A stretch of DNA of 64,000 nucleotides from the human T2T-CHM13v2.0 reference genome, Homo sapiens. The notes beneath the pieces were generated by a model. That model saw only the letters and a list, made by a program, of their open reading frames with translations. It did no database searches and was not told where the DNA came from. Numbering within the stretch: position 1 is the first letter of the stretch; the number at the start of each line of letters is the position of its first letter. Shown piece after piece: positions 54,888 through 64,000 of this stretch. The stretch is taken from NCBI RefSeq assembly GCF_009914755.1, contig NC_060926.1. The stretch is one strand, 5' to 3'. The position numbers and the translations under genes were made by a program.

Positions 54888-57256
54888 CTAAGGAATTATG
54901 TCTGACAGAAGGGAAGAAATGACCGCGGTGGCCTTCTCAGACCCTGTGGGGAAGACCTCTACCCATCCAGTGAAAGTGTCTACCCAGACTAAGAAGTATT
55001 TTAGTTTTCTGACTCGGGGCATGTGAGTAAAGTCAATTTGCCAGTCCTGGGCAGGGGCAAATCCCTGAGCTTGATGTGTAGGAAAGGGAGGAGGCCCGAA
55101 CAATCCCTGAGGGGTAGTAGAATAGCAGATGGAACACTAAGAAGTGGTTTCCTTAAGGATAGATTTCCATAATGGAAAGGAAATGAGAGGTTCTAAGAGA
55201 CGGGCTAGTGGCTTGTAACCTACATGGAAGAGGTTATGATATGACAACAGAATACAATGGGCCTCTAAGGCTAGGAGATACTTTCCTTGGTCTAAGAACC
55301 ATTTGCCTTGTGTGGGAAGAGATTGATAGGTGGAAGTTTCAGCGGGGGAGTAGGTGGGAGTGACTGATATGAAGGAGAAAAACTGGCGGTGAGGGACAGA
55401 AGTTGGAATGCTAGCTTCTTGTCTAGCCACCTTATCAGCGTAAGTGTTGCCTAGAGCAATGGAATCTGATGCCTTTCGATGGCCCTTGTGGTGAATGACT
55501 CCAGCTTTCTCTGGAAGTAAAGCAGCTTTGAGAAGTATTTTCATTAAAGAGGGATTAATAATAGAGGACCCTTGTGTAGTGAGGAAACCTCTTGCATGGT
55601 GGTGCAGGATATGAAAGGCATATTTAGAGTCAGTATAAATATTGACGCATAGTCCTTTTGCAAGAGTGAGGGCTTGAGTTAAGGCAACTAGTTCGGCTTG
55701 CTGAGAGGTAGTGGAGGGGGGCAGAGCAGTAGCCTCAATGATAGATGTGGAAGATACTATAGCATAGCCTGCCTTTGCTGGTGAGTGGCGGTTAGGCCTG
55801 GTGGAACTGCCATCAATAAACCAAATGTGATAAGGGTGAGGAACACGAAAGAAGGAAATATGGGGAAATGGGGTGAATGTCAGGTGGATCAGAGAGATAC
55901 AGTCATGAGGGTCAGGTGTGGTATCTAGAATAACGTGGGAGGCCGGATTGAAGTCCGTGCCAGGAAAGAATGGTAATTGTGGGAGACTCAACAAAGAGTG
56001 AGTATAGCTGAAGCAGCTGGGGATCAGAAAGTATATGCGTCAGGTATGAGGAAAATAGATTTTCGAAGTTATGAGAACTGTAGAGAGTGAGTGGAGCATA
56101 CTTTGTGATTTTTAGGGCCTTTAAAAGTATTAAAGCAGCGGCAGCTGCTGCATGCAGACATGAGGGCTAGGCTAAAACAGTAAGGTCCAGTTGTTTGGAC
56201 AGAAAGGCTACAGGGCATGGTCCCAGCTCTTGTGTAAGAATTCTGACCTTACTAACCATGCCTAGGAAGGAAAGGAGTTGTTGTTTTGTAGAAGGGATTG
56301 GGGTTTGGGAGATTAGCTGGACACGATCAGCAGGGAGAGCACATGTGTTTTTATGAGAATTATGCCGAGATAGGTAACAGATGACGAAGAAATTTGGGCT
56401 TGATTGAAGTAATGGGGGCCGTCTGTAAAGCCTTGGGCAGTACAGCCCAGGTAATTTGCTGAGCCTGATGGGTGTCAGGGTCAGTCCAAGTGAAAGTGAA
56501 GAGAGGCTGGGATGAAGGGTGCAAGGGAATAGTAAAGACAGCATGTTTGAGATCCAGAACAGAATAATGGGTTGTGGAAGGAGGTATTGAGGATAGGAGA
56601 GTATATGGGTTTGGCACCACAGAGTAGATAGGCAAAACAATTTGGTTGATAAGGCGCAGATCCTGAACTAACCTGTAAGCCTCGTCTGGTTTTAGGACAG
56701 GTAAAACGGGGGAATTGTAAGGGGAGTTGACAGGCTTTAAAAGGCCATGCTGTAGCAGGCGAGTGATAATAGGCTTTAATCCTTTTAAAGCATGCCGTGG
56801 GATGGGATATTGGCATTGAGCGGGGTAAGAGTGATTAGGTTTTAATGGGATGGTAAGGGGTGCATGATCGGTTGCTAAGGAGGGAGTAGAGGTGTCTTAT
56901 ACTTGTGGGTTAAGGTGGGGAGATACAAAGGGAGGATGTGAAGGAGGCTTTGAACTGGGGGAAAAGGCCGCAATGAGGTGTTGCTGTAGCCCAGGAATAG
57001 TCAGGGAAACAGATAATTTAGTTAAAGTGTCTCGGTCTAATAAGGGAACTGGGCAGGTGGGGATAACTAAAAAAGAGTGCTTAAAAGAGTATTGTCTAAG
57101 TTGGCTCCAGAGTTGGGGAGTTTTAAGAGGTTTAGAAGCCTGGCCGTCAATACCCACAACAGTTATGAAGGTAAGGGAAACAGGCCCTTGAAAAGAAGGT
57201 AATGTGGAGTGGGTAGCCTCTGTATTGATTAAGAAGGGGACAGACTTACCTTCCAC
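54888..57256 (-). pseudogene. HERV-H pro-pol remnants (protease, RT, RNase H, integrase)
   Basis: Protease motif degenerate (LINTEATHS); RT fragment YSVLDLK; RNase H WFIDGSS...AELVAL...YTDSKY...ADKVA in ORF 55137-55994; integrase DWQIDFTHMP...VDTFTGWVE; multiple frameshifts and deletions. Confidence 0.92.
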
Positions 57257-59125
57257 TGTAAGAGTTACCCGAAGCTCGGCATCCGTGATGGTCTAAGGGG
57301 CTTCCGAGGCGATCGGGCAGTGTCAGTCTTCAGCTGCTAAGCCGAGAAGATCTGGGAAGGAGTCAGAGAGCCTTGGGCCAGAGTTCCAGAGGCTCTGGGA
57401 ATGACTGCCAGGTGAGTTGAACAGTCTGATTTTCAGTGGGGTCCCGCACAGATGGGACGTGGCTTAAGAGGAATTCTGGGCTGTGGGCATTCCTTGGCCT
57501 GGTAGCCAGATTTCTGGCACTTGTAGCAAGCTCCTGGGGGAGGCGGGCCTGGAGGAACACTTGGCCACTGAGGTTTAGGCGTTTGGAAGTTCTTGTGTGT
57601 GGAGATGTGGCTGGGGTTTGTCTCACAGTGGAGGCAAAGAATTGCAACTCAGAAATATGTTGCTACTTGGCTGCCTCTACTCTATTATTGCACACCTTGA
57701 AGGCAAGGTTAATTAAGTCCTGTTGTGGGGTTTGAGGGCCAGAATTTAATTTTTGGAGTTTTATTTAACGTCGGGAGCAGATTTGGTAATAAAATGTATA
57801 TTGAGAATAAGACGGCCTTTTGACCTTTTAGGGTCTAGGGCTATAAAGCATCTCAGGGTTGCTGCCAAACGAGCCATGAACTGGGCTGGGTTTTTATATT
57901 TGATGAAAAAGAGCCAAAACACTATCTGATTTGGGATAAAGAAAAAGGAGCATTAATCTTGACTATGGCTTTAGGTCCAGCCACCTTTTTAAGAGGAAAT
58001 TGCTGGGCAGGTCGGGGAGGGCTAGTCACAGAATGAAACTGTAAGCCGGACCAGCTGTGAGGAGGGGAGGTGATAAAAGGATTATAGGGTGGAGGAGCAG
58101 AGGCTGAGGAAGAATTGGGACCTAGCTCGCCCTGGGGAGGAGGGGAGAGGTCAGATGGGTCTGTAGAAAATGAAGATTAGAAAGACTCAGTGACGCTTGG
58201 GGTTGGGACTGAGGGGACCGGTGGGAGGGAAAGAAGGAAGATTTGGCATGAGTTGCACTGGGCACAGAGACTAGGGTGGGACCGATGTGTAAAAGAATGC
58301 CTGGATGTCAGGCACCTCAGACCATTTGCCCATTTTACAACAAGAATTATTTAGATCTTGTAAGATGGAAAAATTGAAAGTGCCATTTTCTGGCTATTTG
58401 GAACAACTCTCGAGTTTGTATTGGGGTCAAGCGGCATTGCAGAAGAAAATAAGGCATTTAGGTTTTAGGTCAGGTGTGAGCTGAAGAGGTTTTGGGTTTT
58501 TAAGAACACAGGCTAAGGGGGAATGGAGGGCGGAAGCTTGCCCATAGTGAAGGAGGCAAGCCCAGAGAAAAGAGAGAGTAGAGACACGGAGATAAGGGGT
58601 GGGGGCTTCTTGCCCCCCAGAAAAGCAGAGAAGGGGTAGAGACACAGAGAGAAGGGTTGGGGGGTTCATGCCCCTCAGAAAAGCGGTACTTGCCGCTAAG
58701 GGTGAAGGACCAAGGCAGGCATCCCCACATGGTCAGACACCTCTGAAACGTGGGTGAATAATCAGGCAGGCGTCCCTGCGTGATTAAACACCAAGGGAAG
58801 ACTGTCTTCCCAAGTCCGTGACCAGCGCCGGAGTTTTGGGTCCACAGATAAAACACGTCTCCTTCATCTCTACCAGAAAAGGAAAGGAACTGAAATTAAG
58901 AGAAGGGAGAGATTGAAGTGTGGCGCCAAAATTGAAAGGAGAAAGAGGTTGAGGGATCGTGAGAGAGGTTGGAGAAGAGAGTAAAAAGAGGCCGCTTACT
59001 GGATTTAAAATTGGTGAGATGTTCCTTGGGCTGGTTGGTCTAAGGACCAGAGATCGTAGGTGGATCTTTCTCACGGAACAAAGAGCAGGAGGACAGGGGA
59101 TTGATCTCCCAAGGGAGGTCCCCCG

Positions 59126-59143
59126 ATCCGAGTCACGGCACCA
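59126..59143 (-). other. Primer binding site complementary to tRNA-His
   Basis: Minus strand tggtgccgtgactcggat, 18/18 to the recalled tRNA-His 3' end, 2 nt from the LTR. Confidence 0.95.
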
Positions 59144-59145
59144 AA

Positions 59146-59553
59146 TTTCACTCGCGTCCGTGTGAAGAGACCACCAAACAGGCTTTGTGTGAGCAACAAG
59201 GCTGTTTATTTCACCTGGGTGCAGGCGGGATGACTCCGAAAAGAGAATCAGCCAAGGGAGATAAGGGTAGGGCTGTTTTATAAAATTTGGGTAGATAAAG
59301 GAAAATTACAGTCAAAGGGGGGTTGTTCTCTGGTGGGCAGGAGTGGGGGTCACAAGGTGCTCAGTAGGGGAGCTTTTGAGCCAGGATGAGCCAGGAAAAG
59401 GAATTTCACAAGACAATGCCATCAGTTAAGGCAGGCCATTTTCACTTCTTTTGTGGTGGAATGTCATCAGTTAAGGAAGGAACCGGCCATCTGGATGTGT
59501 ATGTGCAGGTCACAGGGGATATGATGGCTTAGCTTGGGCTCAGAGGACTGACA
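59146..59553 (-). promoter_or_regulatory. HERV-H 5' LTR (LTR7, 408 bp), potential promoter/enhancer
   Basis: LTR7 sequence with TATA (tataaaa) and aataaa on the minus strand, followed by the PBS. Confidence 0.93.
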
Positions 59554-59835
59554 CACTTTATTAGCAGAACCCAAATCATATTCAGGCCTTAGACCTTAGC
59601 TACAAGGGAGAGAGGGAGATGGAGTTAGACTTAGAGCCATAAGGTGTCACAGAAAAGGAGAGGGATCACCTAGGTTCTGCACAGCACTTTAAGTGGTTCT
59701 AAAATAGCTGACCCTGAAGACCACACTTTGAAAAGATCTCAATGTTCACTCATTTAAAATAAAGCTAAACCAAAGTTTGAGTTTACTAGTAACAAATGTT
59801 TCTTTTTTATGTTAGAATTAATAAAGTAACATCTA

Positions 59836-60199
<364 letters not shown>

Positions 60200-60344
60200 C
60201 TATCATGAATAAATAGTTTGGGCCCACTATAAGAATATATGCTATTGTTATTCAATAGAAGTAGTTCTAAATGATACTTGGTGCCCATATTGTAAAGAAC
60301 TTTGCATTTCCAGGCTAAAGAATTTAAATTTCATACCTTTATCT

Positions 60345-60745
60345 ATTGGGGTTGTGCTAGCTGGTAAAACAAATAGAATCGAAATATACAACAGCTTGAA
60401 CAAAATAGAAGTTTATTTCTCATTCTCATAACCATCTAAGATGGAAGTCGCTGGTTGGCAGGCAGCTCTCCTCCACATAGTGACTCAGAGACCGTCGCCT
60501 CTTATTTTGTAGTGCAATTGTCCTCTAGGGCCCCACCCTTATCCATATACTACCAACCGAGGGGAAAAACACTGTGGAGATTGCACCATTCTTAAAAATC
60601 ATGGCTCAGAAATGGCACATATAACTCCTTCACATTCTATTGGCTAGAACTCAGTCACATGACTTTATATAAATACAAGGGATGATGGGAAATATAGTTT
60701 AGCTGTGCACTCTGGAAAAAATATTGTCGTTAAAAATCTGCTACA
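60345..60745 (-). mobile_element. MaLR LTR (MLT1J-like)
   Basis: acagcttgaacaaaatagaagtttatttctc...cacattctattggctagaactcagtcacatg...gggaaatatagtttagctgtg; boundaries approximate. Confidence 0.7.
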
Positions 60746-63618
60746 ATTCTGTAGGCATACATCCTCTCATGGGTTCTCCAAGAAACATTAGTATTACGAG
60801 TTACTCTACAATAATTAAAACAAAACAAAACAACAACCAGTACCCAGTGAATAAAAGGCTCTGAGAAGTTTTCTAGTAAAGAAACCTTGTAATTGTATTT
60901 ATACAAAGATTTTATACTTGTTTAACTATTGAAACCCATTTTGAAAGAATGCTTCAGAAAATAATATTGTAAGAGCAATTAGTGATAATTTCTCAATAGG
61001 AGAGTATTGCTGTATGATCAGAGCTATTCCTTTGAATTATTAAGCTGGATAGTATTTCCGGGGCACATAGAAGAGAATTAGTTTGAGGAAAGCATACCAT
61101 GAGAGATGACATTTAATCATAAGTGATTACATAATAAAAGTAAAACATTTTATAGCCTGATTTAGGCCGATGACAGAATGGAAATAAGAGAATTTATAAA
61201 AAACATTGATACTGAAATAAACAGACCTGACAACTAATTAGATGTAAGGCTACAGAAAAGAGTCACATATGTGTCTACTTTAATGTGAACTAAGGATGAG
61301 GGAGAAATTATAGACGTCTCCAAGGTTTTATTTTCAAGGAACTAGAAACATGGTGATCAAAAAGAGTTGTTGTGGCAATTATTAACAGAAATAAATCAGA
61401 GAAATATAGGTAAGAGTTGGTTTTGTTATGAGGCGTTAAAACCCCTTAAATTAGTGTAAATCTTGGAAATTTGAAGTTGCCAAAGATAAAGTATGCAACA
61501 AGAAATAAAGAGGGTTAAAGCCTAGTTATTGAGGGTTACTGCATTTAGATGGGAAGAAAAAAAAGACAAAAAAAAAATAAGGGAGACAATATCTAATACT
61601 ATGTATCAAAACCAAGGGAGGAAGAATTTGCAACAAGTTAGTGGTCATCTACCACAAATAGCATAGAGAGAGCCAGTATTACTACATCACCAAGGGTGTG
61701 ATACAAATAAGGTCACATTCCATTTAACACTCAAATTAAATGCTCCAGGCAAAATTAGCAGGACAAGCAATTTTCTTTAGAACTCTTTTTTCCCTTCAAA
61801 GACTAAAAGAACCCTGGGTCAATACTCAAACAAAAATTACAGGCCAGCTTTTTAAAATACCAGGTGAAATGAAAATTAGAAATCCATCTCAGTAGCCTGG
61901 GCACTCCAGTTTTAGGTAACCTTTCTTTTTTTGCTGAAATAGAATACTGCCACTGAAAACAAACTTTAACCAATATTGCAATGATCACTTTGCTGGTTCA
62001 GGTCTCCACGTAGGCCACGGTTTTTCTTTGAGCTAGAAAATGATTTCTTCACACTCTAATGCCAAATTATATTTTTGAAAATACATCGTAATATATCAGC
62101 TAAAATTCACACAGAAGCAGACTAAGGAAAAGACTAAAACCTCACACCCTAAAACATGAAAATTAGTAACTCAGAAAAGAAAGGGAAGAATCTGATATAA
62201 TATTTCTGGGCTGTTAATGCTGAAACTATCATTTTGGAATTAGCGTTCAGACAAGGAGTTGATGTGATAAAATGCTAAGACTTCTCAATAACATCCTTAA
62301 ATTGGAGAGTGGTGGACTGAAGAATGCATTAATAGTCCATAGCACATAAAGGAAAACAAAACAAAAACACTGAACTTTTGAATCTGAAAGTCCTACTTAG
62401 CCAGGACACGATCTCACCAGAAATAGGTCAGTCAGGGATGGCTTGCTCTTTTCCAAGGTTTTATGTGATCTGACGGAATAGGCAAACTTAAGATTCCACA
62501 TAATTGATTTCACCTTGGTACAGGACTTTTAGTAGGATCTCAGAGCACAGAACAGCTCCTGGATTTTCCAGAAGAGACTCAGTGCTCTTAACTAGAAAAA
62601 GTATATAGACATTAACACCTAACCTACTATCTGTATCTCTGAAGGGAAGGTAAAATCCTAAATGAGGCAGATAAACATAAAACAGAATTTAAGCAAGGGT
62701 ATGGCCTTGAAAGTATCCAAACATGCTAAAGAAAAGGCAGAAAAATACCGCCTGAATTATTGAGGTGTTGAAAGTGTAAAGAAGGAAATGTAATCAGCAT
62801 GAAACTAGGTTATATGAAGATCCATATAAATGTATATTAATGTTAGTAATGTGGTTAGTAGATTTCTCAACTTTTAGAATTTACCTAAATGCAATTATTG
62901 AACAGTTCATTATCTTACAGAACACAGTATAGATGTTACCAATGTGGTATATTGCCCATATTAGCAAGAAGAAAAATGGGAAGAGATGTGGAGGAAGCAG
63001 AAGGTCTCTAAAACCTCAAAAACAAGAAATACAAAAACAAAACCAAGATGTAAAGTCAAAAGTTGATGGGAAAAGAAATAGAAGCATGAACATATTATTT
63101 AAATTTTCAAATGTAACAAATTGTTAAAAAACTGATATATCTATCAAATTTGAGAGGAAGGAGAGGAGGTAAAGATGTTGTAACTGGATCAAACTTGACA
63201 TACTTTAGTAGGGAATTACTGTATTGTATTTTGTTAATAAATTATGGGAAAGAGGCATAAGAATTCTATTGAGAGCTCTAGCAGGAACTAGGAAAAGAAC
63301 TGAAATAAAAATTGTTTTAAAGTGATGCCTCTGAAATACAGTGCTGATGTGGGGAAAAAATAAAATGCAAGCCAATTGATTTCTATTTTAACCATTTAAT
63401 CAGATTTCATCATTTACACATTTTATCATGATAATTTTGAAAGCCAATATATCCACTTGTTGTCCTGGTATTAATTGTCTGCCAAGGAATTTAATGAAGG
63501 CAAAAAATTTCAGCAAACTTTTCCCTGAGCAATAGGCACAGTAATAATGCTAATACTAATACTAATATTAAAACAGGAACTCCTTAAGTTCCTCTTTGAA
63601 TAACAAACAATCTGATAA

Positions 63619-64000
<382 letters not shown>

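Larger units (their letters stand above)
53548..59553 (-). mobile_element. HERV-H provirus (6006 bp, common deleted type with no recognisable intact env)
   Basis: Two LTR7 copies, 5-bp TSD cactt (53543-53547 and 59554-59558), tRNA-His PBS, polypurine tract aagaagacaggaa next to the 3' LTR, pro/pol remnants. Confidence 0.98.

Overview
Primate (hominid, most likely human) AT-rich intronic or intergenic DNA dominated by transposable elements. I cannot recognise any host protein-coding exon, RNA gene or CRISPR array. Main features: (1) a near-full-length young L1 (L1PA2-like, 8415-14393, +). ORF1 and antisense ORF0 are intact, the 5' YY1 site is missing, and ORF2 is disabled by a 1-bp frameshift plus a natural D702Y change in the RT active site. 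(2) A 6.0-kb two-LTR HERV-H provirus (53548-59553, -) with a 5-bp TSD and a perfect tRNA-His PBS, nested in a MaLR LTR that is itself nested in a MER5A. (3) An older one-LTR HERV-H fragment (49592-51213, -) with a Phe-like PBS, flanked by a ~400-bp direct duplication of host DNA instead of a 5-bp TSD; this is the most unusual structure in the window. The rest is Alus, MaLR LTRs, Tigger1, MER5/MER20, old L1/L2/MIR fragments, microsatellites, a perfect 28-bp AT-rich palindrome and a few candidate + strand exons. Repeat subfamily names come from recalled consensus sequences, not a database search. I found no convincing new biological system, only unusual retroelement integration events.
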